In this document: positions 1-13,850 of the stretch, in pieces
Layout: each line of letters starts with the position of its first letter
Numbering within the stretch: position 1 is the stretch's first letter
Position numbers and translations under genes: made by a program
Notes under the pieces: model-generated
The model's input: only the letters and a program-made list of their open reading frames with translations
Told to the model about the DNA's origin: nothing
Databases searched by the model: none
Assembly (NCBI GenBank): GCA_977018835.1
Contig: OZ361259.1
Coordinates: 930,001-994,000, forward strand
Reading direction: 5' to 3'
DNA length: 64,000 bases
Source of the DNA: Minutocellus sp. GHC0000111
Taxonomy: Eukaryota

Positions 1-312
1 GACGGTGCAGGTGATTTGACAGGTCAGCATAAATCTTTTGTAAAACATGCACTTTGCATGAGAATGGTGCCTGGCAAAGGAACCAGATGGAGGGAGGATG
101 GGGGCCACACCGACCATAGCCATGCCCACACACAAGAGCTCTCCAAAATTGCTTTCCAGAAAAATGGTGGCGCCACAAAGATTGAATTATGAACCCTCAA
201 CACCAGAGAGTACCAACCACAATCTTGGGGGGAAAATACTGGTAGACCTAAGGTCAATTGGATGATGTGACTTTTCTTGGAAATAGAGATTACTATGAAC
301 AAACTAGCTAGT

Positions 313-1172
313 CTACCTACGAGTAGCAGTAGGAAATTCGGAGGGAATCGCCGAAGGACTGTCTGAAGGAAATTCGGAGGGAATCGCCGAAGGAGCATCG
401 GATGGCAACGTGGAAGGAATACTCAAAGATTCTGACGGAGATGTGGACGGAACATCGGAAGTCTTGGAGGGTGTAGCCGAGGGAGCCTTTGTCAGAGCCG
501 GAGTTGGAGGGACGGGGGTGAAAAAATTGGACTTGCTCTTGGATCTGCTGCTGCCACCGGACGTGCTCTTGGATCTGCTGCTGCCACCGGACGTGCTCTT
601 GGATCTGCTGCTGCCACCGGACGTGCTCTTGGATCTGCTGCTGCCACCGGACGTGCTCTTGGATCTGCTGCTGCCACCAGAAGACTTGCTACCTCCGGAC
701 TTGGGCTTGCTCCTGGGGACAACAATTAGGCTATTGGGTCCACGAGTAAGGCCCTTCGGAACAGCTTTGTCAAAAGCGGGATTGACGACAGGAAGGCCTG
801 TGCCTGGATCGAGGCTGAATGGAAGAACTCCCCGAGGATCAAGGAGTTCAGTGAATTCCTGCTCCACCGTGGCTGCAATATTACTTGGATTTTGAGTGTC
901 CAGGGAGGCAAGAACGCTATAGGTAGTGAAAATAAATCCAGGGGTGTAAGGAGAAGGTGCAAGGAAGTCTCCAATCTTCTGCATCAGTTTGCCAGTAAAA
1001 AAGTAGTTGAAGATTTCAGCTGGGCAGCGGCGATAACCGAGACCAAAGGGGCAGTACTTGGGCTTATCGAAAACGGGAATAAATTTCTTATGAGAAGAAG
1101 GAATGATCGTTTGACCGTCAAGATCAGATGGCTTGAGATTTCCGGCAGAAGCTGGACAATTCTTTGGAATGA
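313..1172 (-). pseudogene. Type B copy
   Basis: Junction B at 1172/1173. Confidence 0.85.
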
Positions 1173-1405
1173 CTAGTGCCACACCACATTCATGGCACTG
1201 AGAGACCAAGAGTTGCTGGGATGGCTGTTGGATGCCGGCTGTCTGCTCTGGCACTGCCTTCTGCTGTGTCACTTCAGGGGAGTGACAGATGGTTGCCATG
1301 CGATGAACACTGTGTGCTGACGGTGCAGGTGATTTGACAGGTCAGCATAAATCTTTTGTAAAACATGCACTTTGCATGAGAATGGTGCCTGGCAAAGGAA
1401 CCAGA
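1173..1405 (-). mobile_element. 233-bp non-autonomous Helitron-like element (array copy; further copies start at 3669, 6165, 8661, 12533, 13851, 17753, 21785, 28211; partial at 1-87)
   Basis: Minus strand begins A|TC and ends CTAG with a subterminal hairpin. The same segment occurs with different flanks at 43386-43618. Confidence 0.6.
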
Positions 1406-1630
1406 TGGAGGGAGGATGGGGGCCACACCGACCATAGCCATGCCCACACACAAGAGCTCTCCAAAATTGCTTTCCAGAAAAATGGTGGCGCCACAAAGAT
1501 TGAATTATGAACCCTCAACACCAGAGAGTACCAACCACAATCTTGGGGGGAAAATACTGGTAGACCTAAGGTCAATTGGATGATGTGACTTTTCTTGGAA
1601 ATAGAGATTACTATGAACAAACTAGCTAGT

Positions 1631-3668
1631 CTACCTACGAGTAGCAGTAGGAAATTCGGAGGGAATCGCCGAAGGACTGTCTGAAGGAAATTCGGAGGGA
1701 ATCGCCGAAGGAGCATCGGATGGCAACGTGGAAGGAATACTCAAAGATTCTGACGGAGATGTGGACGGAACATCGGAAGTCTTGGAGGGTGTAGCCGAGG
1801 GAGCCTTTGTCAGAGCCGGAGTTGGAGGGACGGGGGTGAAAAAATTGGACTTGCTCTTGGATCTGCTGCTGCCACCGGACGTGCTCTTGGATCTGCTGCT
1901 GCCACCGGACGTGCTCTTGGATCTGCTGCTGCCACCGGACGTGCTCTTGGATCTGCTGCTGCCACCGGACGTGCTCTTGGATCTGCTGCTGCCACCAGAA
2001 GACTTGCTACCTCCGGACTTGGGCTTGCTCCTGGGGACAACAATTAGGCTATTGGGTCCACGAGTAAGGCCCTTCGGAACAGCTTTGTCAAAAGCGGGAT
2101 TGACGACAGGAAGGCCTGTGCCTGGATCGAGGCTGAATGGAAGAACTCCCCGAGGATCAAGGAGTTCAGTGAATTCCTGCTCCACCGTGGCTGCAATATT
2201 ACTTGGATTTTGAGTGTCCAGGGAGGCAAGAACGCTATAGGTAGTGAAAATAAATCCAGGGGTGTAAGGAGAAGGTGCAAGGAAGTCTCCAATCTTCTGC
2301 ATCAGTTTGCCAGTAAAAAAGTAGTTGAAGATTTCAGCTGGGCAGCGGCGATAACCGAGACCAAAGGGGCAGTACTTGGGCTTATCGAAAACGGGAATAA
2401 ATTTCTTATGAGAAGAAGGAATGATCGTTTGACCGTCAAGATCAGATGGCTTGAGATTTCCGGCAGAAGCTGGACAATTCTTTGGAATGAAGTCAGCGTA
2501 GCGGATAGTGTTGTACTCGGCAGCTGAAGTTTCAAAGGTGGCTGGGTCAAAGTTGTCGTTCAGGGCTTGGATTACTAAGGGGATATGGTATGATGGCGAC
2601 GGGTCATAGCTTTCATCAGCTATTATTTTTTGACATAAGTCAGTGTGGTAGTAGCAGCACAGATGCATGTAGAATCATGGGGAAGAGGAATTAAATTAGA
2701 ATGAGCAGAAACATTTCACAAACAACAAGGGAAAAATCAAGGCCAAAAGACCAAGTGTAAAATGTTGTACATGCACTCACCTAGGGTAAGATTTTTGTTT
2801 GCCCCCTCGGCCTTTTGGGCGGTACTCAACCATATGTCATTTGGCAGCAGCAGACGGAACACCTCACGTACAACGTTTATGCGCTCGTCGTCGGAAGGAG
2901 CGGCCTCGTACTTTGAAAAGAAGTCGATTGGAGGGAACGGCTTGAGGAGGTCAGCGGCGGTGTTGCCAGTAAATTTCTCGACATTGAGATATCCTGGAGC
3001 TGGAATGTTCAGTCCAACAAGTTCTGTGGCAAACTTATCAAAGGCGAGCTTGTAGAGAGTATTGACAAATTGGCCGAAAGCAAGGGCATTGTGCGCAGCC
3101 TCAACGATGATGGACTCAGCAGGAATGCCAGCTTCGATAAAAACGAAAAGCAAAGGGGACCAAATAATGTGTGTTAGTTATGGATATGAATCTTGCTATA
3201 CGGTGGTGAATTGATGATATGAATCACCACGATCTTGAGATAATTTCATCAATGTGTAATGCATTACAATCGATGGTAAAATTGAAAACAAAAGCTTACC
3301 CAAGTTCCACCAGTACACAAAAGTACTTTTGTCCTCTGCGTCGACAACCATATTACGACGTTCTTCGTAATACCCCGTAACGAACGGCTCAAGGCACAGG
3401 GAGGCAAGAACGCTATAGGTAGTGAAAATAAATCCAGGGGTGTAAGGAGAAGGTGCAAGGAAGTCTCCAATCTTCTGCATCAGTTTGCCAGTAAAAAAGT
3501 AGTTGAAGATTTCAGCTGGGCAGCGGCGATAACCGAGACCAAAGGGGCAGTACTTGGGCTTATCGAAAACGGGAATAAATTTCTTATGAGAAGAAGGAAT
3601 GATCGTTTGACCATCAAGATCAGATGGCTTGAGATTTCCGGCAGAAGCTGGACAATTCTTTGGAATGA
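1631..3668 (-). pseudogene. Type C chimeric copy
   Basis: Fusion at 3396/3397. Confidence 0.8.
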
Positions 3669-4126
3669 CTAGTGCCACACCACATTCATGGCACTGAGAG
3701 ACCAAGAGTTGCTGGGATGGCTGTTGGATGCCGGCTGTCTGCTCTGGCACTGCCTTCTGCTGTGTCACTTCAGGGGAGTGACAGATGGTTGCCATGCGAT
3801 GAACACTGTGTGCTGACGGTGCAGGTGATTTGACAGGTCAGCATAAATCTTTTGTAAAACATGCACTTTGCATGAGAATGGTGCCTGGCAAAGGAACCAG
3901 ATGGAGGGAGGATGGGGGCCACACCGACCATAGCCATGCCCACACACAAGAGCTCTCCAAAATTGCTTTCCAGAAAAATGGTGGCGCCACAAAGATTGAA
4001 TTATGAACCCTCAACACCAGAGAGTACCAACCACAATCTTGGGGGGAAAATACTGGTAGACCTAAGGTCAATTGGATGATGTGACTTTTCTTGGAAATAG
4101 AGATTACTATGAACAAACTAGCTAGT

Positions 4127-6164
4127 CTACCTACGAGTAGCAGTAGGAAATTCGGAGGGAATCGCCGAAGGACTGTCTGAAGGAAATTCGGAGGGAATCG
4201 CCGAAGGAGCATCGGATGGCAACGTGGAAGGAATACTCAAAGATTCTGACGGAGATGTGGACGGAACATCGGAAGTCTTGGAGGGTGTAGCCGAGGGAGC
4301 CTTTGTCAGAGCCGGAGTTGGAGGGACGGGGGTGAAAAAATTGGACTTGCTCTTGGATCTGCTGCTGCCACCGGACGTGCTCTTGGATCTGCTGCTGCCA
4401 CCGGACGTGCTCTTGGATCTGCTGCTGCCACCGGACGTGCTCTTGGATCTGCTGCTGCCACCGGACGTGCTCTTGGATCTGCTGCTGCCACCAGAAGACT
4501 TGCTACCTCCGGACTTGGGCTTGCTCCTGGGGACAACAATTAGGCTATTGGGTCCACGAGTAAGGCCCTTCGGAACAGCTTTGTCAAAAGCGGGATTGAC
4601 GACAGGAAGGCCTGTGCCTGGATCGAGGCTGAATGGAAGAACTCCCCGAGGATCAAGGAGTTCAGTGAATTCCTGCTCCACCGTGGCTGCAATATTACTT
4701 GGATTTTGAGTGTCCAGGGAGGCAAGAACGCTATAGGTAGTGAAAATAAATCCAGGGGTGTAAGGAGAAGGTGCAAGGAAGTCTCCAATCTTCTGCATCA
4801 GTTTGCCAGTAAAAAAGTAGTTGAAGATTTCAGCTGGGCAGCGGCGATAACCGAGACCAAAGGGGCAGTACTTGGGCTTATCGAAAACGGGAATAAATTT
4901 CTTATGAGAAGAAGGAATGATCGTTTGACCGTCAAGATCAGATGGCTTGAGATTTCCGGCAGAAGCTGGACAATTCTTTGGAATGAAGTCAGCGTAGCGG
5001 ATAGTGTTGTACTCGGCAGCTGAAGTTTCAAAGGTGGCTGGGTCAAAGTTGTCGTTCAGGGCTTGGATTACTAAGGGGATATGGTATGATGGCGACGGGT
5101 CATAGCTTTCATCAGCTATTATTTTTTGACATAAGTCAGTGTGGTAGTAGCAGCACAGATGCATGTAGAATCATGGGGAAGAGGAATTAAATTAGAATGA
5201 GCAGAAACATTTCACAAACAACAAGGGAAAAATCAAGGCCAAAAGACCAAGTGTAAAATGTTGTACATGCACTCACCTAGGGTAAGATTTTTGTTTGCCC
5301 CCTCGGCCTTTTGGGCGGTACTCAACCATATGTCATTTGGCAGCAGCAGACGGAACACCTCACGTACAACGTTTATGCGCTCGTCGTCGGAAGGAGCGGC
5401 CTCGTACTTTGAAAAGAAGTCGATTGGAGGGAACGGCTTGAGGAGGTCAGCGGCGGTGTTGCCAGTAAATTTCTCGACATTGAGATATCCTGGAGCTGGA
5501 ATGTTCAGTCCAACAAGTTCTGTGGCAAACTTATCAAAGGCGAGCTTGTAGAGAGTATTGACAAATTGGCCGAAAGCAAGGGCATTGTGCGCAGCCTCAA
5601 CGATGATGGACTCAGCAGGAATGCCAGCTTCGATAAAAACGAAAAGCAAAGGGGACCAAATAATGTGTGTTAGTTATGGATATGAATCTTGCTATACGGT
5701 GGTGAATTGATGATATGAATCACCACGATCTTGAGATAATTTCATCAATGTGTAATGCATTACAATCGATGGTAAAATTGAAAACAAAAGCTTACCCAAG
5801 TTCCACCAGTACACAAAAGTACTTTTGTCCTCTGCGTCGACAACCATATTACGACGTTCTTCGTAATACCCCGTAACGAACGGCTCAAGGCACAGGGAGG
5901 CAAGAACGCTATAGGTAGTGAAAATAAATCCAGGGGTGTAAGGAGAAGGTGCAAGGAAGTCTCCAATCTTCTGCATCAGTTTGCCAGTAAAAAAGTAGTT
6001 GAAGATTTCAGCTGGGCAGCGGCGATAACCGAGACCAAAGGGGCAGTACTTGGGCTTATCGAAAACGGGAATAAATTTCTTATGAGAAGAAGGAATGATC
6101 GTTTGACCATCAAGATCAGATGGCTTGAGATTTCCGGCAGAAGCTGGACAATTCTTTGGAATGA
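4127..6164 (-). pseudogene. Type C chimeric copy
   Basis: Fusion at 5892/5893; 2496-bp period. Confidence 0.8.
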
Positions 6165-6622
6165 CTAGTGCCACACCACATTCATGGCACTGAGAGACCA
6201 AGAGTTGCTGGGATGGCTGTTGGATGCCGGCTGTCTGCTCTGGCACTGCCTTCTGCTGTGTCACTTCAGGGGAGTGACAGATGGTTGCCATGCGATGAAC
6301 ACTGTGTGCTGACGGTGCAGGTGATTTGACAGGTCAGCATAAATCTTTTGTAAAACATGCACTTTGCATGAGAATGGTGCCTGGCAAAGGAACCAGATGG
6401 AGGGAGGATGGGGGCCACACCGACCATAGCCATGCCCACACACAAGAGCTCTCCAAAATTGCTTTCCAGAAAAATGGTGGCGCCACAAAGATTGAATTAT
6501 GAACCCTCAACACCAGAGAGTACCAACCACAATCTTGGGGGGAAAATACTGGTAGACCTAAGGTCAATTGGATGATGTGACTTTTCTTGGAAATAGAGAT
6601 TACTATGAACAAACTAGCTAGT

Positions 6623-8660
6623 CTACCTACGAGTAGCAGTAGGAAATTCGGAGGGAATCGCCGAAGGACTGTCTGAAGGAAATTCGGAGGGAATCGCCGA
6701 AGGAGCATCGGATGGCAACGTGGAAGGAATACTCAAAGATTCTGACGGAGATGTGGACGGAACATCGGAAGTCTTGGAGGGTGTAGCCGAGGGAGCCTTT
6801 GTCAGAGCCGGAGTTGGAGGGACGGGGGTGAAAAAATTGGACTTGCTCTTGGATCTGCTGCTGCCACCGGACGTGCTCTTGGATCTGCTGCTGCCACCGG
6901 ACGTGCTCTTGGATCTGCTGCTGCCACCGGACGTGCTCTTGGATCTGCTGCTGCCACCGGACGTGCTCTTGGATCTGCTGCTGCCACCAGAAGACTTGCT
7001 ACCTCCGGACTTGGGCTTGCTCCTGGGGACAACAATTAGGCTATTGGGTCCACGAGTAAGGCCCTTCGGAACAGCTTTGTCAAAAGCGGGATTGACGACA
7101 GGAAGGCCTGTGCCTGGATCGAGGCTGAATGGAAGAACTCCCCGAGGATCAAGGAGTTCAGTGAATTCCTGCTCCACCGTGGCTGCAATATTACTTGGAT
7201 TTTGAGTGTCCAGGGAGGCAAGAACGCTATAGGTAGTGAAAATAAATCCAGGGGTGTAAGGAGAAGGTGCAAGGAAGTCTCCAATCTTCTGCATCAGTTT
7301 GCCAGTAAAAAAGTAGTTGAAGATTTCAGCTGGGCAGCGGCGATAACCGAGACCAAAGGGGCAGTACTTGGGCTTATCGAAAACGGGAATAAATTTCTTA
7401 TGAGAAGAAGGAATGATCGTTTGACCGTCAAGATCAGATGGCTTGAGATTTCCGGCAGAAGCTGGACAATTCTTTGGAATGAAGTCAGCGTAGCGGATAG
7501 TGTTGTACTCGGCAGCTGAAGTTTCAAAGGTGGCTGGGTCAAAGTTGTCGTTCAGGGCTTGGATTACTAAGGGGATATGGTATGATGGCGACGGGTCATA
7601 GCTTTCATCAGCTATTATTTTTTGACATAAGTCAGTGTGGTAGTAGCAGCACAGATGCATGTAGAATCATGGGGAAGAGGAATTAAATTAGAATGAGCAG
7701 AAACATTTCACAAACAACAAGGGAAAAATCAAGGCCAAAAGACCAAGTGTAAAATGTTGTACATGCACTCACCTAGGGTAAGATTTTTGTTTGCCCCCTC
7801 GGCCTTTTGGGCGGTACTCAACCATATGTCATTTGGCAGCAGCAGACGGAACACCTCACGTACAACGTTTATGCGCTCGTCGTCGGAAGGAGCGGCCTCG
7901 TACTTTGAAAAGAAGTCGATTGGAGGGAACGGCTTGAGGAGGTCAGCGGCGGTGTTGCCAGTAAATTTCTCGACATTGAGATATCCTGGAGCTGGAATGT
8001 TCAGTCCAACAAGTTCTGTGGCAAACTTATCAAAGGCGAGCTTGTAGAGAGTATTGACAAATTGGCCGAAAGCAAGGGCATTGTGCGCAGCCTCAACGAT
8101 GATGGACTCAGCAGGAATGCCAGCTTCGATAAAAACGAAAAGCAAAGGGGACCAAATAATGTGTGTTAGTTATGGATATGAATCTTGCTATACGGTGGTG
8201 AATTGATGATATGAATCACCACGATCTTGAGATAATTTCATCAATGTGTAATGCATTACAATCGATGGTAAAATTGAAAACAAAAGCTTACCCAAGTTCC
8301 ACCAGTACACAAAAGTACTTTTGTCCTCTGCGTCGACAACCATATTACGACGTTCTTCGTAATACCCCGTAACGAACGGCTCAAGGCACAGGGAGGCAAG
8401 AACGCTATAGGTAGTGAAAATAAATCCAGGGGTGTAAGGAGAAGGTGCAAGGAAGTCTCCAATCTTCTGCATCAGTTTGCCAGTAAAAAAGTAGTTGAAG
8501 ATTTCAGCTGGGCAGCGGCGATAACCGAGACCAAAGGGGCAGTACTTGGGCTTATCGAAAACGGGAATAAATTTCTTATGAGAAGAAGGAATGATCGTTT
8601 GACCATCAAGATCAGATGGCTTGAGATTTCCGGCAGAAGCTGGACAATTCTTTGGAATGA
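6623..8660 (-). pseudogene. Type C chimeric copy (exon-3 piece fused in frame to exon-1 end)
   Basis: Fusion aaggca|cagggagg at 8388/8389 (VLASL|CLEPF). Confidence 0.8.
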
Positions 8661-9118
8661 CTAGTGCCACACCACATTCATGGCACTGAGAGACCAAGAG
8701 TTGCTGGGATGGCTGTTGGATGCCGGCTGTCTGCTCTGGCACTGCCTTCTGCTGTGTCACTTCAGGGGAGTGACAGATGGTTGCCATGCGATGAACACTG
8801 TGTGCTGACGGTGCAGGTGATTTGACAGGTCAGCATAAATCTTTTGTAAAACATGCACTTTGCATGAGAATGGTGCCTGGCAAAGGAACCAGATGGAGGG
8901 AGGATGGGGGCCACACCGACCATAGCCATGCCCACACACAAGAGCTCTCCAAAATTGCTTTCCAGAAAAATGGTGGCGCCACAAAGATTGAATTATGAAC
9001 CCTCAACACCAGAGAGTACCAACCACAATCTTGGGGGGAAAATACTGGTAGACCTAAGGTCAATTGGATGATGTGACTTTTCTTGGAAATAGAGATTACT
9101 ATGAACAAACTAGCTAGT

Positions 9119-11453
9119 CTACCTACGAGTAGCAGTAGGAAATTCGGAGGGAATCGCCGAAGGACTGTCTGAAGGAAATTCGGAGGGAATCGCCGAAGGA
9201 GCATCGGATGGCAACGTGGAAGGAATACTCAAAGATTCTGACGGAGATGTGGACGGAACATCGGAAGTCTTGGAGGGTGTAGCCGAGGGAGCCTTTGTCA
9301 GAGCCGGAGTTGGAGGGACGGGGGTGAAAAAATTGGACTTGCTCTTGGATCTGCTGCTGCCACCGGACGTGCTCTTGGATCTGCTGCTGCCACCGGACGT
9401 GCTCTTGGATCTGCTGCTGCCACCGGACGTGCTCTTGGATCTGCTGCTGCCACCGGACGTGCTCTTGGATCTGCTGCTGCCACCAGAAGACTTGCTACCT
9501 CCGGACTTGGGCTTGCTCCTGGGGACAACAATTAGGCTATTGGGTCCACGAGTAAGGCCCTTCGGAACAGCTTTGTCAAAAGCGGGATTGACGACAGGAA
9601 GGCCTGTGCCTGGATCGAGGCTGAATGGAAGAACTCCCCGAGGATCAAGGAGTTCAGTGAATTCCTGCTCCACCGTGGCTGCAATATTACTTGGATTTTG
9701 AGTGTCCAGGGAGGCAAGAACGCTATAGGTAGTGAAAATAAATCCAGGGGTGTAAGGAGAAGGTGCAAGGAAGTCTCCAATCTTCTGCATCAGTTTGCCA
9801 GTAAAAAAGTAGTTGAAGATTTCAGCTGGGCAGCGGCGATAACCGAGACCAAAGGGGCAGTACTTGGGCTTATCGAAAACGGGAATAAATTTCTTATGAG
9901 AAGAAGGAATGATCGTTTGACCGTCAAGATCAGATGGCTTGAGATTTCCGGCAGAAGCTGGACAATTCTTTGGAATGAAGTCAGCGTAGCGGATAGTGTT
10001 GTACTCGGCAGCTGAAGTTTCAAAGGTGGCTGGGTCAAAGTTGTCGTTCAGGGCTTGGATTACTAAGGGGATATGGTATGATGGCGACGGGTCATAGCTT
10101 TCATCAGCTATTATTTTTTGACATAAGTCAGTGTGGTAGTAGCAGCACAGATGCATGTAGAATCATGGGGAAGAGGAATTAAATTAGAATGAGCAGAAAC
10201 ATTTCACAAACAACAAGGGAAAAATCAAGGCCAAAAGACCAAGTGTAAAATGTTGTACATGCACTCACCTAGGGTAAGATTTTTGTTTGCCCCCTCGGCC
10301 TTTTGGGCGGTACTCAACCATATGTCATTTGGCAGCAGCAGACGGAACACCTCACGTACAACGTTTATGCGCTCGTCGTCGGAAGGAGCGGCCTCGTACT
10401 TTGAAAAGAAGTCGATTGGAGGGAACGGCTTGAGGAGGTCAGCGGCGGTGTTGCCAGTAAATTTCTCGACATTGAGATATCCTGGAGCTGGAATGTTCAG
10501 TCCAACAAGTTCTGTGGCAAACTTATCAAAGGCGAGCTTGTAGAGAGTATTGACAAATTGGCCGAAAGCAAGGGCATTGTGCGCAGCCTCAACGATGATG
10601 GACTCAGCAGGAATGCCAGCTTCGATAAAAACGAAAAGCAAAGGGGACCAAATAATGTGTGTTAGTTATGGATATGAATCTTGCTATACGGTGGTGAATT
10701 GATGATATGAATCACCACGATCTTGAGATAATTTCATCAATGTGTAATGCATTACAATCGATGGTAAAATTGAAAACAAAAGCTTACCCAAGTTCCACCA
10801 GTACACAAAAGTACTTTTGTCCTCTGCGTCGACAACCATATTACGACGTTCTTCGTAATACCCCGTAACGAACGGCTCAAGGCATGTGAGGGTTGCCATT
10901 GTGTCATTTCGTAGACCAAGACTGCCTCGCCCGATATCAGACAATAGGTCTCGCTGCAAGACAAGATAGTCTTTGACAAAGCTAGGATGATCAGCTTCTC
11001 CGAAATGAATATCGAGAAGTAGCTGGAAAACAATGTCATCCCAAGCGCTGATAATGTTCGTTGCGACACCCTCGGACGCGAGCTGCTCGCTCATGAATTT
11101 AGTGAATCCATCGATGGCCTTATCAATCTTAGGTTCGTAGTACTGCAGCTTGTCACACGTCAAAGCTGACATGTACTGCTTCTTCAACTGGTTGTCTGGT
11201 CCGCGATCTTCAAGGTTGGTAAGAAAGACGGTATTTTTGCCATCTCCTGATTTCAAAGTAGTCGGATCTAAATTGACCAAACTGAGCAGGAAAAACGGCA
11301 CACCACCAAATTTTTGGTGGCCAACATCTTTGTACTGCGGGTCAAGGCCGGGAGTGTCGGGAATTCCTTCAACGCTCTGCCCAAAGGCAGATGGAATAGT
11401 GTTGGCGAACCAAGGGAGAGGAAAATCTTTGTTGATTGGCTCGGGGCCGATTC
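9119..11453 (-). pseudogene. Type A truncated P450 copy
   Basis: Junction A at 11453/11454. Confidence 0.85.
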
Positions 11454-11702
11454 ATGGTGCCTGGCAAAGGAACCAGATGGAGGGAGGATGGGGGCCACAC
11501 CGACCATAGCCATGCCCACACACAAGAGCTCTCCAAAATTGCTTTCCAGAAAAATGGTGGCGCCACAAAGATTGAATTATGAACCCTCAACACCAGAGAG
11601 TACCAACCACAATCTTGGGGGGAAAATACTGGTAGACCTAAGGTCAATTGGATGATGTGACTTTTCTTGGAAATAGAGATTACTATGAACAAACTAGCTA
11701 GT

Positions 11703-12532
11703 CTACCTACGAGTAGCAGTAGGAAATTCGGAGGGAATCGCCGAAGGACTGTCTGAAGGAAATTCGGAGGGAATCGCCGAAGGAGCATCGGATGGCAACG
11801 TGGAAGGAATACTCAAAGATTCTGACGGAGATGTGGACGGAACATCGGAAGTCTTGGAGGGTGTAGCCGAGGGAGCCTTTGTCAGAGCCGGAGTTGGAGG
11901 GACGGGGGTGAAAAAATTGGACTTGCTCTTGGATCTGCTGCTGCCACCGGACGTGCTCTTGGATCTGCTGCTGCCACCGGACGTGCTCTTGGATCTGCTG
12001 CTGCCACCGGACGTGCTCTTGGATCTGCTGCTGCCACCAGAAGACTTGCTACCTCCGGACTTGGGCTTGCTCCTGGGGACAACAATTAGGCTATTGGGTC
12101 CACGAGTAAGGCCCTTCGGAACAGCTTTGTCAAAAGCGGGATTGACGACAGGAAGGCCTGTGCCTGGATCGAGGCTGAATGGAAGAACTCCCCGAGGATC
12201 AAGGAGTTCAGTGAATTCCTGCTCCACCGTGGCTGCAATATTACTTGGATTTTGAGTGTCCAGGGAGGCAAGAACGCTATAGGTAGTGAAAATAAATCCA
12301 GGGGTGTAAGGAGAAGGTGCAAGGAAGTCTCCAATCTTCTGCATCAGTTTGCCAGTAAAAAAGTAGTTGAAGATTTCAGCTGGGCAGCGGCGATAACCGA
12401 GACCAAAGGGGCAGTACTTGGGCTTATCGAAAACGGGAATAAATTTCTTATGAGAAGAAGGAATGATCGTTTGACCGTCAAGATCAGATGGCTTGAGATT
12501 TCCGGCAGAAGCTGGACAATTCTTTGGAATGA
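11703..12532 (-). pseudogene. Type B copy
   Basis: Junction B at 12532/12533. Confidence 0.85.
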
Positions 12533-12990
12533 CTAGTGCCACACCACATTCATGGCACTGAGAGACCAAGAGTTGCTGGGATGGCTGTTGGATGCCGGCT
12601 GTCTGCTCTGGCACTGCCTTCTGCTGTGTCACTTCAGGGGAGTGACAGATGGTTGCCATGCGATGAACACTGTGTGCTGACGGTGCAGGTGATTTGACAG
12701 GTCAGCATAAATCTTTTGTAAAACATGCACTTTGCATGAGAATGGTGCCTGGCAAAGGAACCAGATGGAGGGAGGATGGGGGCCACACCGACCATAGCCA
12801 TGCCCACACACAAGAGCTCTCCAAAATTGCTTTCCAGAAAAATGGTGGCGCCACAAAGATTGAATTATGAACCCTCAACACCAGAGAGTACCAACCACAA
12901 TCTTGGGGGGAAAATACTGGTAGACCTAAGGTCAATTGGATGATGTGACTTTTCTTGGAAATAGAGATTACTATGAACAAACTAGCTAGT

Positions 12991-13850
12991 CTACCTACGA
13001 GTAGCAGTAGGAAATTCGGAGGGAATCGCCGAAGGACTGTCTGAAGGAAATTCGGAGGGAATCGCCGAAGGAGCATCGGATGGCAACGTGGAAGGAATAC
13101 TCAAAGATTCTGACGGAGATGTGGACGGAACATCGGAAGTCTTGGAGGGTGTAGCCGAGGGAGCCTTTGTCAGAGCCGGAGTTGGAGGGACGGGGGTGAA
13201 AAAATTGGACTTGCTCTTGGATCTGCTGCTGCCACCGGACGTGCTCTTGGATCTGCTGCTGCCACCGGACGTGCTCTTGGATCTGCTGCTGCCACCGGAC
13301 GTGCTCTTGGATCTGCTGCTGCCACCGGACGTGCTCTTGGATCTGCTGCTGCCACCAGAAGACTTGCTACCTCCGGACTTGGGCTTGCTCCTGGGGACAA
13401 CAATTAGGCTATTGGGTCCACGAGTAAGGCCCTTCGGAACAGCTTTGTCAAAAGCGGGATTGACGACAGGAAGGCCTGTGCCTGGATCGAGGCTGAATGG
13501 AAGAACTCCCCGAGGATCAAGGAGTTCAGTGAATTCCTGCTCCACCGTGGCTGCAATATTACTTGGATTTTGAGTGTCCAGGGAGGCAAGAACGCTATAG
13601 GTAGTGAAAATAAATCCAGGGGTGTAAGGAGAAGGTGCAAGGAAGTCTCCAATCTTCTGCATCAGTTTGCCAGTAAAAAAGTAGTTGAAGATTTCAGCTG
13701 GGCAGCGGCGATAACCGAGACCAAAGGGGCAGTACTTGGGCTTATCGAAAACGGGAATAAATTTCTTATGAGAAGAAGGAATGATCGTTTGACCGTCAAG
13801 ATCAGATGGCTTGAGATTTCCGGCAGAAGCTGGACAATTCTTTGGAATGA
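12991..13850 (-). pseudogene. Type B copy
   Basis: Junction B at 13850/13851. Confidence 0.85.

Noticed and set aside
529..678. 30-bp exact repeats resembling a CRISPR array
   Set aside because: No spacers; contiguous in-frame coding VNTR in an intron-containing gene; no cas genes.
410..895. Plus-strand ORFs (LLDLLLPPDV)n and other short overlapping ORFs throughout the array
   Set aside because: Antisense or alternate-frame shadows of the minus-strand P450 exons.
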